Shown: positions 20,399 through 31,570, numbered from the stretch's first letter. The stretch is 64,000 nt of DNA from Candidatus Protochlamydia phocaeensis (GCF_001545115.1 NZ_FCNU01000022.1:88544-152543); one strand, 5' to 3'. Program-made: numbers and translations. The notes: a model not told the origin generated them from the sequence alone.

Positions 20399-20689
20399 TT
20401 TAATTCCTAATAAATAGTTTGTTTTTAATTAATTTATTTTTAGTTTTTTAATTATATATAGGTTTTAATTTTAGTCATGTTAATTTTTGTTAATTTATTT
20501 GTTTTGTTTTTATTTAGTGTTGATGACTACTGTTGAATTACTAATTGTCTGGATTTAAGATTGTTTTTTTGTAGGGGAAAAGAGCTCAAATATAGGCTAT
20601 TATGGGTTTTAAGAACCCTCTAAGGGAAGATTCTAAGCAGGAAATCAAAGGCCTAGCCAATCCGGGAAAGCAGAAAGGATAGGGTTTCC

Positions 20690-22096
20690 TTAATTAATTG
20701 AAGGAGGATTGGAATCTTTTAAGGATGAATTAGAAGACATAAGAAGAGAATGATCTTGGCCGGCCTGGTTAGAAGAAAGTTTTAAAAGGACTAAGTTAGT
20801 TATGCCAAGATTAGTCCACGTAAAAGATTGTTGAGGGGAAATAGCGATAGATTGAAGCGCATATACCATCTGCTTGTCTTGATCCGTGGTTATTAAGGCG
20901 GTGCCTTCCAAAACAATCCAAGTTTCAGGAAATGAATGAGGATTTTCCATCTCTGCTTGTTTGCCGGGAAGGAGGATAAAACGTGTAGCCTCGCAATGTT
21001 CCATATAGCCAAAAGAGAGATCTTGTGGCGCTTTCCATGCCTTTGTCTTATTGTCTTCTAAGTTTGGCTTTAAAGCCTGGACTTGATGAACGAGGTCTTT
21101 GACTTTTTGCGTGCTGTCTAGCTTCGAAATGAGCAAAGCATCGGGCGTGTCCACGATGGCCAAGCCTTCTATATCAATTAGGGAAAGAAGGCGGTCTTTG
21201 CCGATAATTAAATTATTCTTTGAATTAAGCGCACATAATTGATTCGCGTGAATAGCATTTCCATTCTCATCTTTAGGAGAATGGGAAAAAAGAGAGGCGA
21301 AGCTCCCCATATCGCTCCAAGAAAAGCAAGACGGAACGCAATGAATGCGAGGCATCTTCTCAAGGAGCGCATGGTCAATGCTTTCTGCCGGAATAGATAA
21401 CATGTCTTCTAGGAAAATCTGATAGGTCTCCGGATTTTCCATCAGCACTTTAGCTTTTTGATAGGCTAATTGGGAAGGGGCCAGAATATGCGGCGCGTGG
21501 CATTGCATGGCCTCTAAGAAAACCCACGGCTTAACGCAGATCATTCCTGCATTCCAATAATAATTTCCTTTTGTTAAATACTCTTTGGCAGATTCTAAAG
21601 AGGGCTTTTCATGAAAGGATTTGATCTGATAGCAGGAATCGACTTGGATGTAGCCAAATCCTGTCTCTGGAGAAGAGGGAGAAATGCCGAAAAGAGCTAA
21701 GCGGTCTTGAGAAGCATGCTTGTTAGCCTGTTCTAGAGCGTTGGCATAATCCTCTGAGTAGTCGATATAGTGATCGGAAGGCGTGATGAGAACAATTTCT
21801 TCCGGATCGAGGGAGAGCATCGCCAAGCAAACGGCTGCGGCGGTATTTCTTGCAAGCGGCTCCAATAAATAGCTTTTTGGATTAAGAGCGGCTTTTTTCA
21901 ATTGTTTTTTTATAGCTGTGAAATGACTGTTATTACAGACAACAACAAATTCTGAACAGAAAGCCTGATTGTGATGAAGGATTCTTTGCAGTAAAGAAGA
22001 CTGAGAGAAAAATTGAAGAAGTTGTTTGGGATGTTCCTCCCGGCTAAGCGGCCATAAGCGTGTTCCGTTTCCTCCGCAAAGAATGAGTTGGATCAT
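20690..22096 (-). CDS. manC: Mannose-1-phosphate guanylyltransferase / mannose-6-phosphate isomerase (bifunctional ManC/CpsB type).
   Basis: The N-terminus has LCGGNGTRLWPLSR, the nucleotidyltransferase motif. The C-terminus has a cupin-like domain. Total length is 468 aa. Confidence 0.8.
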   Translation of the reverse strand: MIQLILCGGNGTRLWPLSREEHPKQLLQFFSQSSLLQRILHHNQAFCSEFVVVCNNSHFTAIKKQLKKAALNPKSYLLEPLARNTAAAVCLAMLSLDPEEIVLITPSDHYIDYSEDYANALEQANKHASQDRLALFGISPSSPETGFGYIQVDSCYQIKSFHEKPSLESAKEYLTKGNYYWNAGMICVKPWVFLEAMQCHAPHILAPSQLAYQKAKVLMENPETYQIFLEDMLSIPAESIDHALLEKMPRIHCVPSCFSWSDMGSFASLFSHSPKDENGNAIHANQLCALNSKNNLIIGKDRLLSLIDIEGLAIVDTPDALLISKLDSTQKVKDLVHQVQALKPNLEDNKTKAWKAPQDLSFGYMEHCEATRFILLPGKQAEMENPHSFPETWIVLEGTALITTDQDKQMVYALQSIAISPQQSFTWTNLGITNLVLLKLSSNQAGQDHSLLMSSNSSLKDSNPPSIN

Positions 22097-22105
22097 AATT
22101 TTATT

Positions 22106-23383
22106 TTATTTCTTATAGGGTTTTGGGAGAGGAAGCATTTTATTGATTAACGATTTCCAAAAAGATCGGCGCAAGAAAAAAAGGGTGGCATAAGCGGCGT
22201 CTTTCATTTTCTTTTTCATAAAACGCACAGGCATGCGCTTCGAAACAGGATGAGAGTAAATGGCATTCAAACGCGCCTGAATTTGCTGCCCTACTTTTTC
22301 GCAGGAATAATTTTGCAGGATTGTTGCTTTGCCTTGTTGCGCTTTTTGGGAGGCTTCGTGGGGATGGGAAGCCACATAGCGCATCCAATGAGCGGCATGA
22401 TTAATATCGACGTCAGCCCATAAGCCATTTTCTGGGTAGGGAGCGTGGCCTGGGCCGATTTGAGTTAACTGATAAGAACAAAGAAAGCTGTTTTGATCGG
22501 ACATAAATTCTAAGTTACCCGAATACCTCGTTGCAATGACGGGCTTTTCCAACAGCATCGCTTCTGCCATGGTTAATCCAAATCCTTCGGAACGATGAAG
22601 AGAGATGTAACAGTCGCAGGCATTCATGAGGGCATAGCGTTCGTTGGATTCTAAAGAACGGTCGATCCAGATCAAGCGGGGATCGGAGCGGGTCAATTCT
22701 CGCATAGGTTCGAGTTGATGCGGAAACTGATGTCCATTTTGAGATTTAATAACGAGTTGCACATCTTGCTGAGTTGGAAAGGCTTTTTGAAAAGCTTGAA
22801 TCAGCGCTAAAGGATTTTTGCGAGCAAAGACGCTATAGAAGTCAAAAAAGAAAAGAAAAGTGAACTTATTGGGCAGATTAAAGCGTTGTTTATTGGGGAT
22901 ATCTAAAGAAGCAGATCGCTGCAAAGGGTGGCAAAGGCAATGAATGGGAAGAGAGGTATGGGAGGATAAATGCTCTTGAATATAGCGGCTTGTCACCCAC
23001 ATTTCATCTAAGTAACACCAGCCGTCTTTCATGCTTTCGGGAATCAAATTCGTTTCCCAAAACCAGACGGCAATATTGTAGCAATGCTTTACTTTTTTCC
23101 AGGGAAATTTCTCAATAAAAGGAGCGATGTGGTGAGGATCGATGCAAAAGAGATTAACGGGAAAAGCGAAATCTTTTGACAGATCGGCTTGAAAAAAAGC
23201 GGATTGGTGAAAGGGGGCTAAATCATCGGCAGACAATAGGGCAAACGGGATAGAGCGTGCTTGTAAGGCTTTGATAAATAACCGGCTTGTTTCTCCTAAG
23301 CCGAATGCCTTATCAAAATAACCGATGAGATTGATTCCTTTTTCTAACATGCACGCAATATTCCTAAACGCCACTGTTGGCAA
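22106..23383 (-). CDS. Glycosyltransferase, family GT1 / GT4-like.
   Basis: EGFGLTMAEAM (the E-x7-E region of retaining GT-B enzymes) is present. It lies immediately downstream of manC. Confidence 0.7.
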   Translation of the reverse strand: MPTVAFRNIACMLEKGINLIGYFDKAFGLGETSRLFIKALQARSIPFALLSADDLAPFHQSAFFQADLSKDFAFPVNLFCIDPHHIAPFIEKFPWKKVKHCYNIAVWFWETNLIPESMKDGWCYLDEMWVTSRYIQEHLSSHTSLPIHCLCHPLQRSASLDIPNKQRFNLPNKFTFLFFFDFYSVFARKNPLALIQAFQKAFPTQQDVQLVIKSQNGHQFPHQLEPMRELTRSDPRLIWIDRSLESNERYALMNACDCYISLHRSEGFGLTMAEAMLLEKPVIATRYSGNLEFMSDQNSFLCSYQLTQIGPGHAPYPENGLWADVDINHAAHWMRYVASHPHEASQKAQQGKATILQNYSCEKVGQQIQARLNAIYSHPVSKRMPVRFMKKKMKDAAYATLFFLRRSFWKSLINKMLPLPKPYKK

Positions 23384-23474
23384 GCAGCCATTATGAAAAA
23401 GAATTAGTTATAGAGCTTACAGAAAAATTTTAAAATAAAATAATTGTGAAAAGACTTGAGCAAGAGAGTTTTCA

Positions 23475-24410
23475 TTGAACAAAAGAAAGCGGCTGAGGCA
23501 AGATGAAGTTTTAAGAGGAGAGCTGGCCATGCAAAGATATCATGAACTATCCGCCAAAGAAAATGACGTCATTAACTGGAAAGGGACGGAGCGGCCTGGG
23601 ACAGGAGAATATAATATGACAAAGGAGCCGGGAATCTATGCCTGCCGCCGGTGCGATGCGCCTCTTTATTTATCTTCAGATAAGTTCTCTTCTCATTGCG
23701 GCTGGCCAAGCTTCGATGATGAAATGAAGGGAAGCGTCGATCGCAAGCTGGATGAGGACGGCGAGCGGACGGAAATTCTTTGTCACCGTTGCGGCGCGCA
23801 TTTGGGCCATGTCTTTATGGGGGAAGGCTTTACTAAAAAAAACCAGAGGCACTGCGTCAATTCCATCTCTCTCAGATTCATTCCCGCCTTTACCAAAGAG
23901 GGAAATGAGCGGGCCATTTTTGCCGGAGGATGTTTTTGGGGCGTTGAGCATTTAATGAAAAAGCTTCCCGGTGTCCGAGAGGTGACTTCCGGTTATATTG
24001 GCGGCACGGTCGTCAATCCCACTTATAAAGAAGTCTGCACAGGGGAAACGGGACATGCCGAAGCCGTAGAAATAATCTTTGATCCGCATCAAATAAGCTA
24101 TGAAGAATTGGCTAAGTATTTTTATGAATTGCATGATCCTACCCAAGAGCAACGGCAAGGCCCTGATATAGGCAATCAGTATCGCTCCGCCATTTTTTAT
24201 TTAACCAAAGAGCAACAGCAAATAGCCTCAGCTCTCAAGCAAAGGCTGATTGATCTGGGAGTCAAGGCTGTCACGCAAATTGTTCCAGCCAGCGTTTTCT
24301 ATCGGGCAGAAGATTATCACCAAGATTATTATGACAAAACCGGCCACCAGCCCTATTGCCATAAGTGGACGCCGCGCTTCCCGGAAGACAGCAAATCAAG
24401 CGCTTTGTGA
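23475..24410 (+). CDS. msrAB: Bifunctional peptide methionine sulfoxide reductase, MsrB (N-terminal) fused to MsrA (C-terminal).
   Basis: The MsrB zinc motifs CRRCDAPL…HCGWPSF and [12 protein letters not shown] are present. The MsrA active site [12 protein letters not shown] follows. The true start may be the internal Met at ~23529. Confidence 0.85.
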   Translation: MNKRKRLRQDEVLRGELAMQRYHELSAKENDVINWKGTERPGTGEYNMTKEPGIYACRRCDAPLYLSSDKFSSHCGWPSFDDEMKGSVDRKLDEDGERTEILCHRCGAHLGHVFMGEGFTKKNQRHCVNSISLRFIPAFTKEGNERAIFAGGCFWGVEHLMKKLPGVREVTSGYIGGTVVNPTYKEVCTGETGHAEAVEIIFDPHQISYEELAKYFYELHDPTQEQRQGPDIGNQYRSAIFYLTKEQQQIASALKQRLIDLGVKAVTQIVPASVFYRAEDYHQDYYDKTGHQPYCHKWTPRFPEDSKSSAL

Positions 24411-24528
24411 TCAGTTCCGGATCTAAAGTTCAGGGGAAGGCAATGCGGTGAAGATAAGCCAAGGCAAGACAGTTTTTGGCTATCGGCCTTGGAAATCTTA
24501 TCCGCATTGTGAATTTGAAGACAAGCTC

Positions 24529-25695
24529 TTAGAGTTCATCTTTTTCTACATCTTCGGCAGTCCAATAATAGCTTGAGCCTGGCTGATACCGGGGATTATA
24601 ATCGGACCCGCATACCTTATTATTCGGATAGCGCTGGCAATAGGCAGGCCGAGCTGTTTTATCCCACTGCTCTCTAAATAAATCGACATGTGGGGAATTT
24701 TTAATAGCTTTCCAAAATGCATTGAATGATTTAAAATCCTTGATCATTTCAGCAAAGATATCAAGTTCAGGATCCCATCCGCTGCTTCCCATGCAGGCAT
24801 TGACAATGCGATGATGAGTGAGTCGATTTTCAAATTCAAGCTGCTCTAGGCGTCTGGCATACGTTTCTCGGTTTAATCTACCCTGATCACTTTGATCGAA
24901 AATATATAAGAGCTCTTCTTGGTTAGAAGCATTTAATGTTTCAAATAGGATGACAGAAATCTTTTGCTTGCAAAGGCTTTGCCTGACGAAAATGGTTCTT
25001 GCCTCCGGCACCCATTTTCCATAGAAATTGTCATAGGGAAAATGCTCTTCACGCAGTTCTCGAACCCTGATCATTCCCTCTCCTCGCTGGTGTATCTCAT
25101 TAAGGACTGCCTGACTGGCGGGACAGTTTTGAATGGCAGCCAGCGCTTCGGTGAGATTCATAATTTTTTCTCCAGGGCGGCAAGTTAATTGACGAGGGGT
25201 GTCGGAAGCATGGAGGCTATGATTAAAATCCGGATGAGGAGAAGAGTCTTCAGAATAGAGATCAAATAAGTCATTAAAGGCAGAAATGAGATTATACGCT
25301 CCATATGTGGCAGACAGTACGCCAAGAGTGAAAACGGCCAAATTTTGTTTGGAAGAGGCTTGAGCCGGCGGAGTGGAAGAGGGGTCAGTTGAGCGGGTGA
25401 AAAAAGAGAAAAGACGGGAAGGGACGTTGCTTTTAACAATGCAATAGACGCCCGTGGCTGTACAAATCGTTCCGCTAATTATTTTGCCTGTTGTAGGATA
25501 CTGCGAACCTAGGTACATGCTTTCAGATACGACAAAATCAGCGGTTTGGGAAAGGGCTTCTTGGCTCGCTGCCTTAATATTGTTTATTAAGGCGGAAGGC
25601 AATGCAGAAAAGAAGTGGGAATAGGACGTTTTAGAAACGTCGGGGAGAATGGGGGCTTGGGCAGGCGATAGGGAAGAATAGGTAGTCTGCATCAT
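24529..25695 (-). CDS. Hypothetical protein with an N-terminal pair of hydrophobic segments; possible Inc-like or secreted effector.
   Basis: There are two ~20-aa hydrophobic stretches (IISGTICTATGVYCIV and LAVFTLGVLSATYGAYNLISAF) in an S/T/P-rich N-terminus. The C-terminal 250 aa has no recognisable domain. Confidence 0.4.
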   Translation of the reverse strand: MMQTTYSSLSPAQAPILPDVSKTSYSHFFSALPSALINNIKAASQEALSQTADFVVSESMYLGSQYPTTGKIISGTICTATGVYCIVKSNVPSRLFSFFTRSTDPSSTPPAQASSKQNLAVFTLGVLSATYGAYNLISAFNDLFDLYSEDSSPHPDFNHSLHASDTPRQLTCRPGEKIMNLTEALAAIQNCPASQAVLNEIHQRGEGMIRVRELREEHFPYDNFYGKWVPEARTIFVRQSLCKQKISVILFETLNASNQEELLYIFDQSDQGRLNRETYARRLEQLEFENRLTHHRIVNACMGSSGWDPELDIFAEMIKDFKSFNAFWKAIKNSPHVDLFREQWDKTARPAYCQRYPNNKVCGSDYNPRYQPGSSYYWTAEDVEKDEL

Positions 25696-25929
25696 TTATT
25701 TATCCTTATTTATTTAGTAAATGATAATTAATTGCATGTAAATCCACTATATTACGTGAGCTCCTAGCTAGGCCATTTACAGTTTTAAGAGACGGCTAGG
25801 CAGATTCCATCCGTGTTTTGTGCTTGAAAAAAGCTCGTCCATTCGCCTAATTTAACAAAAAAATAAAAATATTAACAGGCGGGTAATCAATGCAGCAAAC
25901 AAGGGCCTTGGCTTTTTTCCGAGCTGGGC

Positions 25930-26679
25930 ATGCCGGATAAGCGGGAACTTCCTCCTCATATTCAAATTGGCACATCAGGATGGCACTATGCCCATTGGAA
26001 GGCTGTTTTTTATCCTTCTAATGTGAGATGGCAAGAAAGCCTGCGTTTTTATGCTAACCACTTTAAAACAGTAGAAGTCAATTCTACCTTCTATCGGCTT
26101 CCAGCAGCAACAGCGCTGCAGAATTGGATCGAACAAGTTCCTAACGACTTTATTTTCTCTGTAAAGGCTAGTCAATTTATCACGCATAGCAAAAAGTTAA
26201 AAGATGCGGCAGAAAGTACAGCCCGTTTTTTTGATAGCATTCGACCTTTGCGCAAACAGCTGGGACCTTTGCTCTTTCAGCTTCCCTTTGCTTTTAAAAA
26301 GAACGCGGAGCGGTTAGAAGAATTTGTTCGTTCTTTAGCAGAACCTTTCACCTATGCTTTTGAGTTTCGCCATCCGTCTTGGTTCGCCGATGATATTTAT
26401 GAAATCTTGCATACGCGACGCCTGGCCCTATGCATTTCGGAAATTAACGGTCAGTGTACGCCTAAGGAAGTAACGGTCCCTTTTACCTATATCCGCTTAC
26501 ACGGGCCTCATAAGGCTTATCAAGGCTCTTATAGCGCGCAAGAATTGGAAAAGTGGCAACATCAAATCGCTCAATGGGCTTCGCATTTAACAGTCTATTG
26601 CTATTTTGATAATGATGAAAAAGGCTATGCAATTAAAGACGCCTTGCGTTTAAAAAAAATGTTGCTAAAAGAGCTTTAA
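25930..26679 (+). CDS. DUF72 (UPF0759) family protein.
   Basis: IGTSGWHYAHWKAVFYP matches the DUF72 N-terminal signature. It is 249 aa. Confidence 0.7.
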   Translation: MPDKRELPPHIQIGTSGWHYAHWKAVFYPSNVRWQESLRFYANHFKTVEVNSTFYRLPAATALQNWIEQVPNDFIFSVKASQFITHSKKLKDAAESTARFFDSIRPLRKQLGPLLFQLPFAFKKNAERLEEFVRSLAEPFTYAFEFRHPSWFADDIYEILHTRRLALCISEINGQCTPKEVTVPFTYIRLHGPHKAYQGSYSAQELEKWQHQIAQWASHLTVYCYFDNDEKGYAIKDALRLKKMLLKEL

Positions 26680-26695
26680 AGAAATCTCAAAATCA

Positions 26696-27241
26696 GTGTA
26701 TTTAAGCAATCGTATTTCAGGAGGAAGCATGTACTATTTCTTAAGTTTGTATGGATTGGGAGCGATTGCCTTTATCATCCATTTATTCAAGCTGCCTTCG
26801 CATCAATGGACAAAGGACCGAATAATCGAATTGCTTCTTTTATATGAGCTTGTCTTTTATGTAGGAGTGACAAGCCTTGTGGCTTTTATTGGATTGACCT
26901 TCATGGATGACGTGGCGGCTCAGCTGCTGCAGTGGCCCATGTGTCCTTTCCAACAAGAATTGGGCAATGTCAATTTGGCGTTCGGCGTGCTTGGCATCAT
27001 GTGCATTTGGTTTAGGCGGTCTTTTTGGATAGCGACAGTTGTGGGCTTTTCCATTTGGATTTTTGGAGATGCCATCCATCATTTCTACGATGCATATGCT
27101 CGTCACAATTATAGTGAAGGTAATCTAGGCATTCTTGTTTATACCGATCTTCTTGTTCCCATTCTTCTTTGCATTACCCTCTATTTTTATGTTAAGAGTA
27201 AAAGAAAAGAGCTGGACTTGGAACAGGCTGGCAAAATTTAA
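26696..27241 (+). CDS. Membrane protein (4-5 TM), hypothetical.
   Basis: Only the hydrophobic profile supports this. Confidence 0.4.
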   Translation: MYLSNRISGGSMYYFLSLYGLGAIAFIIHLFKLPSHQWTKDRIIELLLLYELVFYVGVTSLVAFIGLTFMDDVAAQLLQWPMCPFQQELGNVNLAFGVLGIMCIWFRRSFWIATVVGFSIWIFGDAIHHFYDAYARHNYSEGNLGILVYTDLLVPILLCITLYFYVKSKRKELDLEQAGKI

Positions 27242-27263
27242 ATCTTCAATTAAGGTCATTTCG

Positions 27264-28412
27264 ATGGACAAAAAGGTGTTTCGCTATCTCCTTTATTCTT
27301 TTTGCTTGCTGATGGTGGGCTCTACTATTCAAGCAAATGAAGAGAGGCCGCAGCCCCCAGTAAAGAAAGCTTTAATTTTTGGCGTCACAGGACAAGATGG
27401 GGCTTACTTAACCGAATTTCTTTTAGGCAGAAATTATGAAGTGCATGGAATAAAAAGACGATCCTCTTCCCTTAATACCACTCGTATCGATGCTTTTTAT
27501 CAAGATATTCATAATGCGCAATCCCACTTTATTTTGCATTATGGCGACCTGACGGATACAGCTAACGTCATTAGTTTGATTCAGACTATTCAGCCGGATG
27601 AAATTTATAATTTGGCCGCACAAAGCCATGTTAAAGTCTCCTTTGAGCTTCCGGAGTATACAGCGGAAGTGGATGGGATCGGGTCGTTGCGCATTTTAGA
27701 AGCCATTCGCCTGCTTGGGTTGGAAGAAAAAACGAAATATTATCAGGCTTCTACAAGCGAGCTCTATGGTTTAGTTCAAGAAACGCCTCAAACAGAAAAA
27801 ACGCCGTTTTATCCTCGCTCGCCCTATGGAGTCGCCAAGCTCTATGGCTATTGGATTACAGTCAATTATCGCGAATCCTATGGCATTTTTGCCTGCAATG
27901 GTATCCTGTTTAATCATGAATCTCCCCTAAGAGGAGAGACTTTTGTCACGCGCAAGATTACCCTGGCGGCCTGCCGGCAATATCTCGGTTTGCAAGATGT
28001 CTTGTACTTGGGGAACTTGGATGCCAAGCGCGACTGGGGCTATGCGAAAGATTATGTAGAGGCCATGTGGTTGATGCTGCAGCAGGATAAGCCTGATGAT
28101 TATGTCGTGGCAACAGGAGAAGCGCATTCTGTAAGGGAATTTGTCGAATTGGCTTATAAGGAACTGGGAATCGAGATCGAATGGCATGGAACAGGCGTGG
28201 ATGAATGTGGAATAGATGCCAAAACAGGAAAAATACTTGTCAAAATCGACCCGCGCTATTATCGCCCGGCGGAGGTTGATTTCTTATTGGGTAAGCCCAC
28301 AAAAGCTGAAACAGTGCTCAAATGGAAGCCGAAAACGAGCTTTCAAGAGCTGCTAAAGATCATGGTTGAAGCAGATTTAAAAATTGCGTCCAGAGAGCTA
28401 GCTTTACAATAA
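27264..28412 (+). CDS. gmd: GDP-mannose 4,6-dehydratase.
   Basis: [21 protein letters not shown] (Rossmann GxxGxxG of GMD) and the catalytic region SELYG…Y-x3-K are present. The longest ORF starts at 27135 but overlaps the upstream gene, so the ATG at 27264 or 27312 is the more likely start. Confidence 0.85.
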   Translation: MDKKVFRYLLYSFCLLMVGSTIQANEERPQPPVKKALIFGVTGQDGAYLTEFLLGRNYEVHGIKRRSSSLNTTRIDAFYQDIHNAQSHFILHYGDLTDTANVISLIQTIQPDEIYNLAAQSHVKVSFELPEYTAEVDGIGSLRILEAIRLLGLEEKTKYYQASTSELYGLVQETPQTEKTPFYPRSPYGVAKLYGYWITVNYRESYGIFACNGILFNHESPLRGETFVTRKITLAACRQYLGLQDVLYLGNLDAKRDWGYAKDYVEAMWLMLQQDKPDDYVVATGEAHSVREFVELAYKELGIEIEWHGTGVDECGIDAKTGKILVKIDPRYYRPAEVDFLLGKPTKAETVLKWKPKTSFQELLKIMVEADLKIASRELALQ

Positions 28413-28499
28413 CCTTGCCGATTTATTCCGATTCTGACAAAGATGTGTATGTATTAATTATTTTAAACGAGTGAAGATCTTTATCTTAAAGGAGCATGT

Positions 28500-29519
28500 A
28501 TGGCTAAAATGCGCGCGGTTCAAGTTCCTGGTCCCAATCAGCCTTTCGAACTCGTCCAAAGAGAGATTCCAGAACCGAAAACCGGCACTGTGCGCATCAA
28601 AGTCCAAGCATGCGGAATCTGCCACAGCGATTCTTTTACTAAAGAAGGAACGTTCCCGGGAATTAACTATCCGCGGATACCGGGACATGAAGTGGCCGGC
28701 ATTATCGATGCGGTAGGTCCAGATGTGATCGGCTGGCAGAAGGGGCAAAGAGTAGGGGTGGGCTGGTATGGCGGACATTGCGGACACTGCGAGTCGTGCC
28801 GGCGAGGAGATTTTGTTACCTGCGCAAATGGACAGATCTCGGGGATAACATTTGATGGAGGCTACGCAGATTACATGATCGCTCCTGTTGAGGCGTTGGC
28901 TTTAATTCCCGAAGAGCTATCAGCGGTAGATGCAGGCCCGCTAATGTGTGCCGGCATCACCACTTTCAATGCTTTGAGACATAGCGGGGCTGTGGCCGGC
29001 GATAGAGTCGCTATTCTTGGCATTGGCGGGCTGGGGCACTTAGCCGTGCAGTTTGCAGCTAAAATGGGATTTCAAACCATTGCCATTGCGCGAGGAGAGA
29101 GTAAAGCTGCTTTGGCCAAAAAGCTGGGGGCTCGCGAGTATATTGATTCGGAAAGCCAAAACGTCGCAGAAGAGCTCAAGAAAAGAGGGGGCGCCAAAGT
29201 CATTTTATCGACCGTGACAAGCGGCAAGGCCATCAGTTCTGTGATAGACGGACTGGCGATCGATGGAAAACTTGTGACTGTGGGAGTGGCCTCCGATCCT
29301 TTGCAAGTCTCCGTGCTTAGCTTAATTGGCGCCCGACGCTCAATTGCAGGATGGCCAAGCGGAACAGCGGCGGATTCTCAAGACACCTTGCTCTTCAGCG
29401 CTCTTAACGACATTCGATCCATGAACCATGTCTATCCTCTCGAGAAAGCCGCTGAAGCCTATGAATTCATGATGAGTGGAAAAGCCCGTTTTCGCGTTGT
29501 CTTGGAAACGGGGCAATAG
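28500..29519 (+). CDS. Zinc-dependent alcohol dehydrogenase (MDR family).
   Basis: The catalytic zinc motif GHEVAGII, the structural zinc motif GHCGHCESCRRG and the NAD-binding GIGGLGH are present. Confidence 0.85.
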   Translation: MAKMRAVQVPGPNQPFELVQREIPEPKTGTVRIKVQACGICHSDSFTKEGTFPGINYPRIPGHEVAGIIDAVGPDVIGWQKGQRVGVGWYGGHCGHCESCRRGDFVTCANGQISGITFDGGYADYMIAPVEALALIPEELSAVDAGPLMCAGITTFNALRHSGAVAGDRVAILGIGGLGHLAVQFAAKMGFQTIAIARGESKAALAKKLGAREYIDSESQNVAEELKKRGGAKVILSTVTSGKAISSVIDGLAIDGKLVTVGVASDPLQVSVLSLIGARRSIAGWPSGTAADSQDTLLFSALNDIRSMNHVYPLEKAAEAYEFMMSGKARFRVVLETGQ

Positions 29520-29661
29520 CTTTAACGATTTCTTCTATCTTTAAGGAAGAAAGCGCCATTCTTCAAAGCTCTCTACCCATAAAGGAGAATTGATTTCTCC
29601 TTTTCTTTTTTTCTTCCCTGTCTTAGACTAAAAAAATTTCTAAAAAATTGAGAATAAATTT

Positions 29662-30573
29662 ATGAGAAATTCTTTATCTAAGATCCTGGCGTTTATTCTA
29701 CCTATCATCCTGTTTTTTTTCGTGCCGTTCACTTTAAAAGCCACAGATTTACCAGAAGAATTGTATGTTCGAGAAAGGTGGCTCTCTTGGACGACCACGT
29801 TTGATATCGAAAGCCGCACGCATGTTTTGGGCACAGTTCATCGAAGGTTCTTTTCCTTGATGCCTGAATATCACTTAAAAAATCAGGAAGAGCAATTATT
29901 GGCGAAAGCGAGAATGCGATTTTGGAGCTTTGGTGCTGTATTCGATATAGTCGATCATCAATCGATTCCCATCGGCTCTGTCGAGGAAGAATTTGCTTGG
30001 TTTTTCCCCTCCTTTAAAATTCTTGCGCCTTCCGGATTAAAATTGGCTGAAGCGACCCTCAATTTTTGGAGGACAACTTATATTTTAACAGATCCTTTTG
30101 ATGGTCATACAATCGCCGTTATTTGGCGTTCTTTCTTTCGTTTTAAAAATAATTGGACTGTTAAAATCGTCGATCCCAGCGCGTTTGGCGAAAAGGGAAT
30201 TCATCCACATATGTTTTTAACGCTTATGGCTTTCCAAGTCGATAGGGAATACTGGGAATCGATAAGAAATTCTGCTAGCCAACAGGTGCCCTTATTTAAT
30301 GTGTTTGCGTATTCAAATTATGGAGAATTTAAAGAAAAACTAGAGGACTATCGAGCAGCTCTTGCCGGTATCGAGCCTACTCCTGACGATTTTCTTTTCA
30401 TAGAATCGATCACGGATTTCTCTAGCCTAATAGGAAATAGGGACGATAAGGAAGAAGCCATTTCACTCTATTTGAGTCAGCTATTGGACTTGCTGGAGTC
30501 CGATCAACTGAATCCGCAACAAAAAGCCGCCTTATTTCTTATGCTAGAAGAAAAATTTAAAGAATTGAAATAA
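29662..30573 (+). CDS. Hypothetical secreted protein.
   Basis: An N-terminal signal/TM is present (ILAFILPIILFFFVPFTLKA). Otherwise no confident domain. Confidence 0.4.
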   Translation: MRNSLSKILAFILPIILFFFVPFTLKATDLPEELYVRERWLSWTTTFDIESRTHVLGTVHRRFFSLMPEYHLKNQEEQLLAKARMRFWSFGAVFDIVDHQSIPIGSVEEEFAWFFPSFKILAPSGLKLAEATLNFWRTTYILTDPFDGHTIAVIWRSFFRFKNNWTVKIVDPSAFGEKGIHPHMFLTLMAFQVDREYWESIRNSASQQVPLFNVFAYSNYGEFKEKLEDYRAALAGIEPTPDDFLFIESITDFSSLIGNRDDKEEAISLYLSQLLDLLESDQLNPQQKAALFLMLEEKFKELK

Positions 30574-30661
30574 AGCAAGCTTTAATCCTTGCTAACAAAG
30601 AATCGTTGTTTGTTTATCTGATTTTTAAAAGAAGAGAGTAATTACTGTTAGAGACTGCCGA

Positions 30662-31306
30662 ATGGCTAATTGTCTAGATCCTATGACAGTCTCAAAGAAG
30701 GAAAAAATGATGGATAGTAGCAAAGTCAAGAAACGATGGCTGCTTCTTCTAGTGACCATGTCACTTGTTCTCCCTTTGTTTAATCTGGGAGTGGAAGGCG
30801 CTTTTCTGAGCAATGAGGCGTTTAAGCTTGCATTGATTGAAACAAGCATACAATTATTCGTTGGGCTTATTTGGGCCTTGGTGATGTATTTTTGCGCTTA
30901 CAAAAAGCCGGGAACAGGCTTGCTGACTTTTCAATTAGTGCTTGGCGTAATCGGTTTGATAAAAATGCCCGCGTTCCTAATAGATGATCTTAAGCAGGGA
31001 CATGGACAGATAAGGCTTTATTTGAATTTGATTAACATAGGAATCACCATTGGATATTACGTTCTCAGCTATCAATTGCGAAAAATAAATAAGGCGATTC
31101 AATCGGCAGGGATTCAATTCTCTGATTTGTATACAGAAGCCCTAGCAGATCTACAACAAGCGGCAACAATCAAAGAGCTGGATACCAGATTTGGATCTTT
31201 AATGTGGCAAAAAAATAATGGAGACTTACAGCGAGAAGAAGCCATTATAGCAGCCTATAAAAGCCAAAAGAATGTATTGCTTGGTCAAGCTCCTTCCTCC
31301 TCTTAG
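30662..31306 (+). CDS. Hypothetical membrane protein (3-4 TM).
   Basis: Only the hydrophobic profile supports this. Confidence 0.4.
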   Translation: MANCLDPMTVSKKEKMMDSSKVKKRWLLLLVTMSLVLPLFNLGVEGAFLSNEAFKLALIETSIQLFVGLIWALVMYFCAYKKPGTGLLTFQLVLGVIGLIKMPAFLIDDLKQGHGQIRLYLNLINIGITIGYYVLSYQLRKINKAIQSAGIQFSDLYTEALADLQQAATIKELDTRFGSLMWQKNNGDLQREEAIIAAYKSQKNVLLGQAPSSS

Positions 31307-31570
31307 CGGCTATATTCATCAGCTCGCTTGCCAGTCGCGCACTGAGCGTAGACAAAAATTCTCTTTTCTCCGCATGCTCTGTGGTTACTTTTTAGCTTAT
31401 TCAGGGTACAAAATGATAACGACAGAGTATGCGGAGTGCAATGAAGGCAAGAATCGGCAAACGTCCAAGTCTTTTTCCAATTAACTCAGGTTATTAAATC
31501 TTCTTGCTTACTTCCTTATCAGGCCTTTATACTCATGTCCTTTTGTTTTTAATTTATTGAGAGTTTTAAG

